Source: Felis catus (Eukaryota). From it: DNA of 64,000 nucleotides. A program made the translations under genes and the position numbers. Numbering within the stretch: position 1 is the first letter of the stretch; each line of letters begins with the position of its first letter. Shown here piece by piece: positions 39,495-52,754 of this stretch. The stretch spans positions 178,438,001 to 178,502,000 of the forward strand of contig NC_058368.1 in assembly GCF_018350175.1 (NCBI RefSeq), in the 5' to 3' direction. Below the pieces are notes generated by a model. The model saw only the letters and a list, made by a program, of their open reading frames with translations. It was not told the origin of the DNA and ran no database searches.

Positions 39495-40025
39495 AGTAGC
39501 TGAACTGAGTTGGGTTTATTGACACTGCAGTGAGAGGGAATGTGCATCATGGGGGACAGTGACGTGCCTGAGCAAGAGGGTGTGAGGAAAGACTCACCAG
39601 AGGACTTAGGCTTGTGCTAGGTGAGTTTAGGGCGTGCTCAAGCAAGTGGGGCTCTGCTCTGGATTGGATGTTGTCAGGCTGCAAGGGTGATTCTGTCATG
39701 AGGGATCTTTGGAAATTGTATCAGGAAGGCAGACGGAATGATACTGTCATTGATAAACAAGCAGCCGCTACGCGGATGAAGCTAGGAAAGGGGGAAGCTG
39801 GTCCTGTTTATGGTTTGGACAATATTCCCTTTTTGTCTCTGCTCAGGCATGACTACAAAGTGGTCTTAGTTGTGTCTTGCTCCATCCTGGTCAGTGTAGC
39901 CTCGCCTGATGTCTCTGTTCTGTGAAATCACTTACATCCAACAAGTAGACGCTACGGCCCAGCTGTGAGTGCCAGTAGTAGACGCTAGAGCCCAGCTGTG
40001 AGTGCCAGGCCAGCACCCACCTGCG
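39495..40025 (-). mobile_element. Old LTR (family unassigned)
   Basis: GTAGCTGAACTGAGTTGGGTTTATTGAC (poly-A signal on the - strand)..GCTCTGGATTGGATGTTGTCAGG architecture. Confidence 0.55.
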
Positions 40026-41339
40026 ATAAACTTCTTCAAGGTCACGAATACCTTCTTCGTGTTTATATTCTTAGTAAGTGCACGCAGTTTTCGAAATATT
40101 TTCAAGCACCTCCTCCTCTATTGCCAGGACACAGTTCAGCCCTCCCTGGTCCTGCACAAGCAACGATTGCAGGGGAAGGTGGTGAACACCCGGCTTGAGA
40201 TACACAAAGGTGTTATCAGCTACCAAATGGAAGGCACTCTGCATGGCCAGGGGTTTAGCCTTAAAAAGAAATAGGAGTGGGCCAGGGAAAGGGAGAAAAA
40301 AAAGTGTTTCTAGTCGGGGGACCAGCGGGTCAAAGCTTAGATCCTTAAGATCTGAGCGCTACAAGTGGTTTCGTGAGGTGAAGCTGGACAGCTGGGAGGG
40401 GCTAGACCAGGGAAGGCCTCACAAATTTTTCAGGGGGGCCTGGGTGGAATTGAGCCTTACAGAGAGCCATGGACGGGTATTCAGGTGGGAGAGGCATGAT
40501 CCCATTTTACACGAGGAGATGCTCACAGAATGGGGAGAAAGGGAAGATAGCCATCGATGGCCGAACTGGGCATCTCGATTCGTGACTGGAGACCCCAGGG
40601 CCATACAACTGTGAAAGCAGAGAAGAAACTGCTTGGGGAGGTGGGCCCAGAGGTGAAGTTGAGAGTGCTGGCCCATTACCGAGAACCGGGCTGCGTCAAC
40701 CGGGCAATCACCAAATTTGGCTGATGCTGTTCAAAGCTCCATACACATTTTATTTTATCCTCACAATGATCCTATGGAGAAGGTGCTTTTTCCTAGCTCT
40801 GAGCTACAGGTGAGGAAACTGAAACACAGAGACTTTCAGCAATTTGCTCGAGACCATCTAGCTGGTGGGGCTGGAGTTCAACGCTAAGGAGCCGTCTCGG
40901 GATCTGTGTCACTTTCCTCTGGGCTTCCCCCCGCCCTCCGGCTGCCAGGCTCCGCTCTGGGCTCTACATGCTGCAGCCCTTGTGGACTTCACAAAACTGA
41001 GTGTGGAGCTTGCGGGGGCAAAGTCAGGGATAAAGGGCAGTTTGGAAAGGAAAGGCCACTTTCAGGAGTGGACAAGAGGCCTGGAAGGTCAGCAGTTACA
41101 GAGAAGCCTTTTTACCTTAGTGAGCGTACCAAGTGCCCCAGCACAAAGATTGCTGGTTTTGCACTGAGAGTCTGAAATTGTTATGTAGGTCTGAATCAAT
41201 AAATGAAGCAATGGAGTGCCTATCTTTGAAACAGATGACATTAGAACATGGTGCCGATAAGACACGAGGAAGCTTTCTCATGAAGATGCTATCACAATGT
41301 CAACAACATAGGGAGAAGTTGCTGCCTTGAACCAAGTGT

Positions 41340-41530
41340 AAGCCTAAATGCTGCCCCTGCACTTCCCAGCTGTGCAATCCTAGACAGGTCATGCATACTC
41401 TAGGAGCCTCAGTGTCCTCGTCTGTATGACGGGAATAATGACACTTTATATACAGTCGTTTCCAGAATTAGAAAATATGTCTTAAATGTCTGTTGAGGTA
41501 TGTGGCACATAACAGGTGTTGGGTAAATAG
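41340..41530 (+). mobile_element. MIR SINE
   Basis: GAGCCTCAGTGTCCTCGTCTGTATGACGGGAATAATG core. Confidence 0.65.
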
Positions 41531-42167
41531 ATGGTAAGTATTAAAAACTGTGGTTTTATACCAGTATTATAGATCGCTGAAAAGTAGAGCGTTCTTGCTC
41601 TTCAATGGGAGTGGAAGAGGAGTGAGGAACAGGCCTTGAATTGGGTCCAGACCAGCTCGTGCACTATTATTTGTTTGCAATGTCTTTTCACTTGTGGCTT
41701 TATGTCTTGCCCAGTCTTGAAAATGGTGAAATAAATGGCTGCTTCTTTGGTAATTGTTCCCTTTGGTGGTCAGTGTTTTTCAAGCAACTCTCTCTATTAC
41801 AGAGTCACCATGGCAACTTCCCACTTAAGAGGCTTGCAGCTGGCCCATGCTTCTTCCAGGGAGCAAACGACCACTCCTCCAGCTGCCCAGGGCCTCCCCG
41901 ACTGGGCTGATGGAGGAGGACAGTGGCGATGCAAGCACTTCTCCCTGAAGGATCTGCAATGTGGATGAAAGAGGGAAGGGAGAGGTGTGGCACCCAGTAG
42001 ATACATACATAAGAAGTGCCGGTGGAAGTGGCATGAGGCAGCACCATTGCAGGGAGGTATTCTAGAACAGGGCAATTGTCCTGAATCCAAAAACCTAAGA
42101 TGCCTTATTCTGCCAGGGAGTGATGGTGGGGGCCTCTACTGGGAATTGTTGTGGCTTGGGATAGTTT

Positions 42168-42480
42168 CATCGTTCATTTATTTGTTCATTCAACAATATT
42201 AATAGGCCAGGCACTAGTATATGATGGAATCGATACAGTTTCTATCCTCATATAACTCACAGAGTAGGGAGGCAGACAGAAATAAACAGACAAGATCCAG
42301 AGGGGCAAGTGTTATCAGGAGGGACACACAGAGTGCAGCAGGAGCCCAGACTTGGGGCAATATGGGAGGTTTCTAAGAGGAAGAGCCATCAACCCCGACA
42401 CTCGGCTGGATAAGTGTGAGTCACCCAGAAGAGCAGGGGGTGTGGATGACTGCTCCAAATGCAAGAAATGGGATGTGTAG
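42168..42480 (-). mobile_element. L2 3' fragment
   Basis: TTCATTTATTTGTTCATTCAACAATATT..GCCAGGCACT. Confidence 0.6.
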
Positions 42481-42509
42481 ATGACTCCAGTTGGAAGCTC
42501 AAGACCATC

Positions 42510-42990
42510 TGTTTCGTTCAGGGTCTTATTTGTAAGTGACAAATAGTAAGCTTGGCTTATCTGAGCAGAAAGAGGATTTACTAAGTAACATTATCTGGCT
42601 CACCGAATCTCTGAGAGACCAAAATCAACTTGAGGCCAGGAGCCAGGAGCAACCCCTGAAATGACACTGAAGAACAGGCCCTGTGAAGACTCCTCAGCCA
42701 GGCAGCTGGCCCTGAGGCTAAATTCTGGATGCTGTTCCTGGAAGCTAGATATGGTGGCTTCCCTGACACTCCCTTCACAAATAGGTTCTGTGTCGTTCCT
42801 CGTTCTTCAAGTCACAGCTTCTAGTTCAAACTTTGGGGGCAGGGGACTTGGTTGATTTGGCCTAGGACACTCATGTTCAGCATAGCTGCAAGGGAGGCTG
42901 GGACAGAGGGTATTTGGCATTCCCAGATTTATGGTGGGAAGTGAGATCTGCCTCATTAGAGGAAGGCTTTTCCAAATATAGTGTGGAGGG
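42510..42990 (-). mobile_element. Old MaLR LTR (MLT1K/L-like)
   Basis: TCAGGGTCTTATTTGTAAGTGACA..GGCTTATCTGAGCAGAAAGAGGATTTACT terminus. Confidence 0.5.
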
Positions 42991-43912
42991 ATAAGCAACA
43001 GCAGTGAACTGACAAGGAGAGCATCATCATGGAAGACATTGGGCCCACAGAGGTGAACAAGGCATAACTGACTTCAACCTAATGGAAGTGACAGTACTCT
43101 CCATCAGTAACACAAGAGGATAGAGAAAGTTCAGGGAGGGGATCAGTGCTATCGAAGATGGGCAAGAAATAGGAGGAGTCAATGTCAAGGCTCCAAGTTG
43201 GAATCCTAGGATTTTGATGCAGTAGGAACCACTTTCATACTGTATATGAGTAATGCTGACCTTGCGCCATGCTGCCTATGAAGTCTGTCTGAGTCAGTGG
43301 GACCAGGAGAACCTAATGGTCCTACAAAGATAGGGTCATCCTCCAAACATCTGGTTACCCTTCATCGGTCATTAGTCTAACCCCTCCAGAAACAAATTTC
43401 TATTTCATATCTGTAATGATATACATTATTGGATACTTGAACTCTCAGAACTGTAATTTCACACCCGAGTTCCCCAAAAACATCCCCTCCAATAGTTTGG
43501 GCTGTTGCCTAATGAATATGGTATAACTCCTTCAAAGTCCTGGTGGATCTGGGTGGTCTTCAGACTTCTGAGAACAGGAGAAAGTGCTGGGGGAGTCTGA
43601 GAAAGCAAACATTAATACCTCAATAGATTTGGAAGCTATAATGGAGGCCCAGCTAAAGGAGGGAGCATTTGGATTCTTATCTCTTTGGACAGGATCTCTG
43701 CTTTCCAGGATATACGTACCAAATCCCTTAAAGCCCTTTATCTCTTAAATAGGACCACTGGGAGACATCTGTATTTCTTTTTGTCCTAGAATGTTTCTGT
43801 TTCACCTTTCAGATTTTCTTATTATGTTTTTATGTAATTCTGCTGTTCGTCTAACTTGCTAATGCTGGACAGACATTGAGAAAGTCCATAGTCACCTAGA
43901 ATTCTCAGTGCT

Positions 43913-44409
43913 TGTGGTTGGTGGGATAATGGACACCTCAAATATATCCATGTCCTAATCCGTGGAACCAGTAAACATATTTTGTTACATGGCAAGGGAG
44001 AAGTAAGGTTGCTGATGCAAATAAGGTTGCTAATCAGCCGACTTTAAAAGGAGGAAACCACTCTGGATTATTCAGGTGGACCTGATGTAATCACAAGAGT
44101 CCTTTAAATGTGGAAGAGGGGGCCAGAAAACAGACTCAAGAAGAGATTTGACTATTCTCTGCTGACTTTGAACATGGAGGAAGGCAGCCACAGCCAAGGA
44201 ATGCAGGTAAACTGTAGAAGATGAAAAATGCAAGGGAGTGGATTCTTCCTTAGAGCTTCCAGAAGGAACCCAGCCCTGCTGAAACATTCATGGTAGCCTG
44301 ATGAAGCCCATTTTGGACTTCTGACCTCCAGAACCCCAAGATGATAAATTTGTGTATCAAGCAACCAAATGAACATTAATTTGTTATAGCAGCAAAGGCA
44401 ACAGATACA
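43913..44409 (+). mobile_element. MaLR solo LTR, MLT1D-like
   Basis: TGTGG..ATAATGG..ATCCATGTCCTAATCCGTGGAACC..GTAATCACAAGAGTCCTT..GACTTCTGACCTCCAGAAC..CAGATACA. Confidence 0.88.
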
Positions 44410-45109
44410 GTGCTCATTGTCAGGGCTTCACTATCAGGTAAGAAGCTACAAGAAGAAGGAAGGTCCAAGACCCTTGAGACTGTAGAGTTCTGAAGAGAGA
44501 ACGAATGCCCTTATGTACACAGTTGCTCCTGATAAATAACGGGCCCAATTTCCTATTAGGGGAGATTCGATCATGGTGATGGGAAGAAGGTAGTCTGAAC
44601 TGAAAGGAACTATTTATATTAGGGGGCATATAAGGAGCTTAACCTTAAAAATATATACTCCCTTGAACTGGTCCTGAGATGCCTTCATGAAATCAAACAT
44701 TCCTGAGATTTTGTCAGACAGACAGGTTTTGGTTTTCTGTTCTCAAAGGGTCAGATCTACTGGTGGTGGTAACAGACTTGATGAGCTCAGAAAATAGTGT
44801 TGAGTTGATGGGGGGCGGGGAGGACTTCTCAAATCCTAACGGAATACTGGGGTGATCTGCAGCCAGTGGGGGGGGGGGTGGTGTGGGCTCCTACTACTAC
44901 AGGGGTGACTCCCAGCTTGGTCCCGTAGGCCGAGAACAGAAGAGAATGGAACTCAAGAGGTTAAAATAGATCGTAAGTGAATTTGCAGTACAATTTCAAA
45001 TAAGGAACCCATTTCTAGGTGTTTAATGAGAACTGAATTGATGGTAATGTGAAACCAGTGAGACCGGGGCAGATTTTAGGGAAAATATCCGTTATTCCCC
45101 TTCTGCAAA

Positions 45110-45540
45110 GAAATACTTCCCCCATTTCCCTTTGAGAAACCACCCACCTCCTACTCAGTCTTTTTGGCTGAAATGGGGTTGCATACATCAGCTAACTCGA
45201 GGATGCGCAGAACCTAGAACTGGCCAATCACAGGCTTCCATTCCTCTGGCCACAGTGATTGGTTCAGGGTTGGGCACGTGGCCCACGCTGGCCAATGAAA
45301 GCCCCCCTCATGACCGTTGGGATTGCTAAATGGATGGGAGGGGGTTTGGGTGCTGCTGAGGACCATCTTGTTACCAGAGGGGAGAGCCTCAGGGGCGGTG
45401 AGGACGGCTTAGTGGGAAGCAGCCGTAGGGAAGGGAAAGACTCCGGAAGATGTCCAAACATGCAGGTCCAGCCGTGCCTGAAGCCCCTCTGCTCAGTCGT
45501 CTGTGCCGATAAATGCACCCCCGCGCCGGTACAGCAGGAG
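45110..45540 (+). mobile_element. Old MaLR LTR (MLT1J/K-like)
   Basis: CTGGCCAATCAC..TGGCCACAGTGATTGGTTCAGGG..GGCACGTG..GCCAATGA..TCCAGCCGTGCCTGAAGCC. Confidence 0.6.
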
Positions 45541-46719
45541 CTGGGGTCACCTCGCTGGCGGTGGGAAGCGCCCCCAGCTTGGAGCCCAGGCGGGGACGCA
45601 GCACCAACTCCCACTGTACGTGTGGGGGCACTGAGCCGGGCACTGAGGGAGCATCATGGGGACCCCGCGGGGTGAAACAAACAACGGGAGACACGGACAT
45701 CTGGAGAATAAAACTACATTTAAATGACACCACCGGTTAAGGCAGGAACACCTATTATGACTTGGGCATGGGAGAAGGGAGACCGAGTTCAGTCAGGACC
45801 TGGAGGGGGTTCCCGTGTTCCCCCCCCCCCCGGAGGGGGATCCCAGGCGAGGGATGTGAAGGCCCAGGTAGACGCTTGGTGGAGTGCTTGAGGACAAGAA
45901 ACGGAGACGACGGCGTGCCGCAGGTTCTGCCTGACTTTACAATAGGGCTAGGGTGGAAATGGGAGAAGTGGGGCGTCAGGTGCTGCACCCCCAGACCTGC
46001 TGTGGTTTCTTGGCCGTCAGGGCGACGCACCGAGACTCGAGCTCAGAGAGAAGATGTAATTTCGAGTTCACACACCCCATGCAGAGTTGACGAGCTCCAA
46101 ACCCAGTGCTCTGTGCACTGCTCCACCGGAAATGCATTATTCCGGTCTGAGCTTTCTAAGCCTCAGCAAGTGAAACAAGGGCAGAAAATCCCCAGCTCTC
46201 CATCCCCTCGCTGCTTGACTGATGCCAGCCGTGCTGTAGGGACGCTTGCTTGGGCTTAGTGTAACGGCTGTTCTCACTCAGAGCCTGTTCAAGGGTAGTA
46301 AAGGCAGGAGCTGCTCAATGTATTTTCAACTGTCAGTGTCTCTAGGTTGCGCGGCACACTTAGGAAGCATTGAACAGAACAGATGGAGGGTGGCAGTTTC
46401 CCTGGTCTTGGCGCGGACTTCCTGGAAGCTGCACACACCAAGCACTTCTATCGTTGCTCAGGGAAGGTAGCAGAGAGTGATCAAGGGAACTGAGGAGTAA
46501 AGGACTTAAGTATTGCCCCCAACCCAGCCCTTTAACCTTCTTCAGCCCCCTTCAGCGTAGCCTGGCGTTGAGGTCCCAGTGATTCAGATGCAAAGAGATC
46601 TCTAGAAAAGGGAAGGCAGCAGGGCGTAGGGGGAAGGAGAGGGTAATATAGCTGCTGGGTGGGATCTGGGGAAACCATATATGTACCTGTGAGGAAAGGA
46701 GGCAAGCTGCTGTCCTTGT

Positions 46720-46870
46720 TCAGGTTCAAACCCCAGCTCTGACTCTTACTAGCTGTGTAGTCTTAAGCAAGTTTCTCCTTGGTAAGTCCGCCTCTTCATT
46801 TGTAAAGCAGGAATGATAATAGGAGTCAACTCATAAGGTGGCTGTGTGGATTGATACAATCTAGCAAATG
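46720..46870 (+). mobile_element. MIR SINE
   Basis: GGTTCAAACCCCAGCTCTGACTCTTACTAGCTGTGTAGTCTTAAGCAAGTT. Confidence 0.75.
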
Positions 46871-47728
46871 CTCTTGCCAGCAGCAGGGGGAATCCACCCC
46901 AGAACTTCTTCACCACCTCCCTCTTCCCAGGTCCTCTCCTCCAGCCATGGTAACACGTCTCCGCCAGCGCTCCTCTTGTCCTGCTCACTGCTTTTTCCGC
47001 TGACCTGATACAGTCATTAACTGTCAGATCAGGAAGAGCTATCCTTTCAACAAACATTTACTAGGCGTCTACTATGTGTTCAAGGCTTAGGGAGAGACAA
47101 CCGTGAGTGAGAGAGGCGAGGGCCCTGCCTTCATAATGGGTCTCTTTACCGCTCGTGAGATTGATAAGAAAACTGAGGCCCAGAGGGAAGAAGGTTCCTG
47201 CCCCCAGTGACTGAACTAACCAATGAGGTTAGGACCCATGTAGTTACCACCTCTGTATCTCCAACTACAAGCATTAGGCCTGGCAAGAGTAGATGCTAAA
47301 TCAATATTTGCTGAACTGGTGAGTACATAAATCATTAACTCCCAGTCTAGTGCCCTTTCTGCGGCCTGTTCTGAAATCATTGGGGAGAGAGCATGTGCAT
47401 GGAGGGGTAAGGGTTAGTACTTTCCATCGTGTGGCCCCAATTGCCTTCCTCCTCTGCAAAGGGTAGGCTGAGAGAGTTGGAGGGGCTTTCTATCTCTACT
47501 CTGAGGACATTGCCAAAGTAACAGAATCATGCCGTTCAGAAACGTGGAGCTCATGCCCAGGCCTGCCAATGGTGTCGGTACATAGCCCTGAGGTCTACAA
47601 GAAATCAGACTCGAAGGAGAATTGTATTTTTTAAAAGTAATTGTCAGGCACTAATACTGTTCTTTCAGCACTCAACAAATCATACTCCAAACTTCTGTAG
47701 GGCTTGGGACGAGAATACAAACGGAGGC

Positions 47729-48365
47729 TGTGGTGGGCACAATAATAGCCCTCCAAAGATGTCACGTCATTTTTTTTTAATACAATTTATTGTCAGATTG
47801 GTTTCCCTACAACACCAGTGCTCATCCCAACAAGTGTCCTTCTCCATGCCCGTCACCCACTTTCCCCTCTCCCCCACCCCCCATCAACCCTCAGTTTGTT
47901 CTCAGCAAAGATGTCCACATCCTAATCCCTGCAGCCTGCAGATATGCTGTGTGGCAAAGTTTGCAGATCGAATTCAGGTGGCTAATCACCTGATGGGGAG
48001 ATTATCTGGGGTTATCTTGGTGTGCTCATGTAATCCTAGGGGTCTTTATAAGTGGAGGGTGAGGCAGGAGAGAGAGAGAAACAGAGAGATGGCAGTGTGA
48101 GAAAGACTTGGCTGGGCATTGCTGGCTTTGAAGAGGGAGAAAGGGGCTTCGGGCCAGGGAATGCAGGGATCTTCTAGAAGCTAGAAAAGGGAAGGAAACG
48201 GATTCCCACTAGAGCCTCCAGAAGGAAGGTAGCCCTGCTGACACCAGGATTTTAGCCCAGTGAGGCCCAGTTCTAATCTCCAGAACTGTAAGATGAGACA
48301 CTTCTGTTGTTTTCAGCTTCTTAGTTTGTGGTAATTTGTTGTAATACCAATAGGAAACAAATGTA
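47729..48365 (+). mobile_element. MaLR solo LTR, MLT1D-like, interrupted by a short L1
   Basis: TGTGGTGGGCACAATAATAGCC..CTAGAGCCTCCAGAAGGAA..GTTTGTGGTAATTTGTT. Confidence 0.88.
47770..47905 (-). mobile_element. 5'-truncated carnivore L1 3' end
   Basis: Poly-T then AATACAATTTATTGTCAGATTGGTTTCC..CCCCCCATCAACCCTCAGTTTGTTCTCAG, flanked by duplicated CAAAGATGTC(C)AC(G/A)TC. Confidence 0.88.
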
Positions 48366-48897
48366 GAGGCCCACTTAACCCTCTGTCTAAATGTGAAGTT
48401 ATAAATCAAGTCAGTTACTTGCTGAGTAAAATGTGTTCTACCCCCCTATGTTAACAAAGATAGCTTCTTAGCTGCTCGAGTTTGCAGATTTTTAGTCTCC
48501 TTGGGGTTGCTCAGGAGAACATGGTCATGCAGGGAAAGCAGGTCCTACTTCCTACTCCCAGCCCACGGCCTGACTCCTTTCTCTTCTTCCACGGCTCACC
48601 CCTATTGGAAGAGGCCTTCTGCACATGCATGTGGTCACCAGGCTTCTGTCCAAGCCTGTCCACAGCTCCTGCAAACAGCTGCTTTTCAGGAAGGCCAACC
48701 CAGAAAGCAGGCCTGTGCAGATTCTAGATGCAGTTTCAGGGCTATTAGGACAGGGAATTCTGGGGTCTTGGCCTCCAGAGTATGGTCTAGATAGAAGGAA
48801 GGTATGAGTTCCTGGTGCACAAAACCCCCGTGGCCCTTTCTGTGTCTCCTTGCCTGTGGGGAGGGCACAGCAGGAGGGGAACCAGATGGGGTCACCT

Positions 48898-50017
48898 GAG
48901 CAGGGGTTCTGTTTAGGAAGATCTCTAGTCCTTCCTCCTGTCTCCTTTACTTTCTTTTTTCTTTTTATTATTTTTAACATATTTTATTTATTTTTGATAG
49001 AGACAGAGCACAAGTGGGGGAGGGGCAGTAAGAGAAGGAGACACAGAATCCGAAGCAGGCTCCGGACTCTGAGCTGTCAGCACAGAGTCCAACACGGGGC
49101 TCAAACCCACAAATTGTGAGATCATGACCTGAGCTGAAGTCGGACACTCAACCGGCTGAGCCACCCAGGCACCCCTCCTTTACTTTCACACAGAACACTT
49201 CATCAAACATGTAGAGGTCTTCCCACACCAAAGAATTCTCGGTGACACCAGCTGGATGTCCTACAACTCAATATAATTCTGATGCTGCCTACACGGAGAT
49301 AGTGTCAGATCCCATAAACGAAGACCTCAGTCCCACCAGACTGATGCTACCCCACTTCAGATGCCACCCTCCAAGTCTAGGTTGTCCTGTATTTCTGACC
49401 AATCAGCTATAAATCTGGGGTTCTCACGACTCCCTCCTTGGGTTCAATTAATTTGCTAGAGTGGCTCACAGAACCCAGAAAGACACGTTTACCAGATGAA
49501 GAGATCTATATGGTGAGGTCTAGGGGGATCCTGAATGTAGGAGCCTCTGTCCCTGTGGAGCGGGGATACATTACCCTCCCAGTACATGGATGGGTTTACC
49601 AACCTAGCTCCTTGAACCCTGGACTATTGGGACTTTTATGGAGGCTTCATCACGTAGGCACAATCGATCATTAGCTCCATTTCTAGTGCTTCTCCTCTCT
49701 CAAGAGAAAAGGGATGGGCTGAAAATTCCAAGTTTCTAATCATGGCTTGGTCTTTCTGGCCACCAGTTCCCTTCTGGAGCCATCCAGGAGCTTACCCGGG
49801 AGAACCTTATTAGAACCAGAGCTACACCTATCACCTAGGAGATCACAAGGGTTTCAGAGCCCTGTGTCAGGAACCTGGGGTTCAAAGACCAAACAGTAAA
49901 ACAAAAGATGCTCCCGGTGCTCCTATAACTCAGGAATTATATGCATAAGGGTTTTCGTGGCTCTCTGTGCAGGAACTGGGGGCAGAGGCCAACATATGTA
50001 TTTTCTAGTATCTCACA
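48898..50017 (-). mobile_element. ERV LTR, MER21-like, interrupted by a Can-SINE
   Basis: GACACCAGCTGGATGTCCTACAACTCAA..AGATAGTGTCAGATCCCA..GGGTTCAATTAATTTGCTAGAGTGGCTCACAGAAC..TCTCACA. Confidence 0.8.
48955..49175 (-). mobile_element. Can-SINE (SINEC_Fc-like)
   Basis: TSD TCCTTTACTTTC at 48943-48954 and 49176-49187. Confidence 0.95.
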
Positions 50018-50299
50018 TGTTCCAAGCCCAGAGAAAGTTGAATAAGTTGACAGGCAGCTGGGGTTTGTTGCCACAGGAAAGTACCTCAGTTTTCCCCCCA
50101 TTTCCTTTACTGATGGAGTAAATCTTGCTGCACCTGTTATTTCACATTAAGGCAAATAGCTATAGTTCAAATCCATGATGAGGCCTCAAAACCCAAATGT
50201 GTCATGGGATAGAGAACTGCAAAGTCCAAGGTCAGGACCAATCCAGAAAAGTGGGAAGAAAGCAGGATTGGCCTCAACTTTTCACTATTCAAGAGATTG

Positions 50300-50415
50300 C
50301 CCAGTAAAGTAGTCAACCTCCCATGGAAGGGAGTATTCAAGAGCAGACCAAATGCCTATTTCTCTGGGTTTTGTAGAAGGGACTCCTACACACAAAGGCA
50401 TGGGATTCTGTGTCT
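50300..50415 (+). mobile_element. CR1/L3 LINE 3' fragment
   Basis: GGGAGTATTCAAGAGCAG..TGTAGAAGGGACTCCT..GGATTCTGTG. Confidence 0.5.
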
Positions 50416-52754
50416 CCTAGAACATATTCACATCAGAAAACCTATTCTAACAGACTGAAGCCCTGCTTCTACTCTCCTGTGTTCTGGGTTCTTGTCTGTT
50501 ATGAAACATGCCTGGGCTGGCAACGTTATTCTAGATGTGCCCCCCACCCTCACCCTGAGGCAGAAAGATCTTTACCCCAGAGGGGTTGTGGAAGACATCA
50601 AGTTACTCAAATGTGGTGACGTTGTCTCCAGATTCACTTGGCAGAAATAAGACACTGTCCTGAGTATAGAGACAGGGTGCTTTGAGAGTCACATGTGGTC
50701 CCTGCAGCCGGACTCAGCAAGGCTGGCGGGATGGGTTTCCCTTGGAGACGCTGATCCTGTATATTAAGTGAGGACCCATCTCCAGTTAACCCAGGGCAGA
50801 CACCCAAGGTCGGACTGGATCCTAGGTCAGGTCCAGAGCCCTTGCAGACAAGCACACACTGAGCTGAGACTGGGGGTGGGACCCGATCATGGCACATATC
50901 TAATTAGTGCCAAAGCCCTTAGTAGGGCTCCAGGGACCCTGTGGATCTTGCCCTGTCGCCCTCTCCTGCTTCACAGAGGCTTTCAGCCACAGGCCTCCTT
51001 TCCGTCCCTAAAAGGACAGTGCTTACTCAGCCCCCAGAGCCTTTGCAATGTTGTCTCATCCACAAGGAACTGCCAACAGGGACAATGACTTACCAAAGGT
51101 CACAGAACTCATCAGGGGCCAACCTAGGATGTGACTCAAGTGTCTAACCCACTGCACAGGCCTGCAAGGGGGCAGCACTCAATAAGGTTTTGGGGGATGG
51201 ACAAATGCTGAGAACAAGCTTGGCCCCAGCTCTGATTGGTTGCTGCCTCTGCTAGAGCAGCCGCTGTGCTTGGTGGTAGTGAACAGTGTCAGCACCTGCT
51301 CATTCATTAAAGAGCTTCTCCTGTTCTCCCAAGAGCCAAGCGCTGCGATGGGTCCCAGGGACCCCAGGCCAGAGCAGAGAGGTGCAAAGTGCATGCGGAG
51401 CTGTGCACAAAGCCATGCACATGGGCACAAGGCACCAGGTGCTCACGTACAGGGACCCAGGTTCCAGTAAAGGGGGTGCGAGTGCAGGCTCTGAGGTGTC
51501 CCTCCTCATGTGGCACTCCTTTGTTCCAGGTTCCCTGGAGCTAGCCCTGTTACCTGAATCACAAGGCCTCATTAAAATGGCCCCACAATCCCTCTACTTC
51601 CTACCAGACAGATTTCCAGGCAGGGCCACTGCATATAATTGGCTACGGATGAACAAAAGGGGCTTCGAGGTCTGATCACTGCAAACGTCCTTCAGCCCTC
51701 CAGCAAGACCTCTGCAGGCCCCGGATGGTGCCCAGAGGAGCCAACAACTCTCATGCGAACCAAAAATAAAGTTTACTTACAAGATACACAAGAAGTCACC
51801 TCCTTGCACACCCGAGGCTTCAGGCTTTAAATACATCCTGGTCACACAGGCTCAGACTGATTGCTGACGAGGAGGGATAAGGCAGGTGGAGAGAGGGATA
51901 TAAGAGCAAAGGCACGGAAAGGACAGACATGGACGGATGCCGGGCTGGGACACGGATTTAGCACTGGGGCAGGAGGGAGAGAATATGCAAAGCCAGCAGC
52001 CCTGCCTGCCAGTGAGGGGTCGGACCTCTGCCCGGCAGACAAGGATCCTCAGCTGTGACTGCCTTCCTGCTCCGGTTGTCTCCATGGCCACCATGCTTTC
52101 TCAAACCACCAGCTGTTCTTTGGCCAAAATTCCATTCACATTTCTAGGCAGCCCCATCTCTGCCCCAGACTCAGGAGGCAAAGCCATTGCTGCACCTACC
52201 AGAGTCCCCACTGAGCTCCCACACCTACGAGAGACAGAGTTAGCCAGAGGTGAGACCCTGGCTGACGCAAGGGAAAGAGAAACCAGGAACTCCACCCCGA
52301 ATGTCTAAGCCCCAGGGGACTGACCCTTGGGTCCTCCGTACCGTCCTGGGCAGGGGCTTCGTCAAGATTAAGTCTTTCTCTTGTCCTTCATCTTTTAGAG
52401 TTGACAGAGGTTTGCATGTCATGGTGTCACCCAGTTGTGCTGACTCTCCTGTGAGGTAGGTGTGGTTAATTTCTCCACTTTGGACTTGAACCAGATGAGA
52501 CCCAAGGTCACATCACAGATCTGTGGTCACAGCTCATTTGAACTGCAGACCTCCATGTTCTTCTTTTACTACTGCCACCGAGTGGATTACACATCCTATT
52601 CCCGTCTTGGCTTCTGCCCCCATCACCCAACAAAATCAACTCTTTCTGAAGTCATGGCCGACGTCTGTGGCGCTGAATACAACATACTAACATTCTCCTC
52701 TTCGGCTTCCATGATACACTTGGGTTGGTTTTTCTCCACCTCCTCCTCCCTGAT

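Noticed and set aside
39944..40009. CRISPR-like repeat
   Set aside because: Only two adjacent units, no spacers, eukaryotic context.
44500..44590. Peptide LLLINNGPNFLLGGD, faintly like the retroelement protease P..LLGRD motif
   Set aside because: Too short, surrounded by stop codons, and no convincing DTG motif at proper spacing. It would need a tBLASTn or HMM hit.
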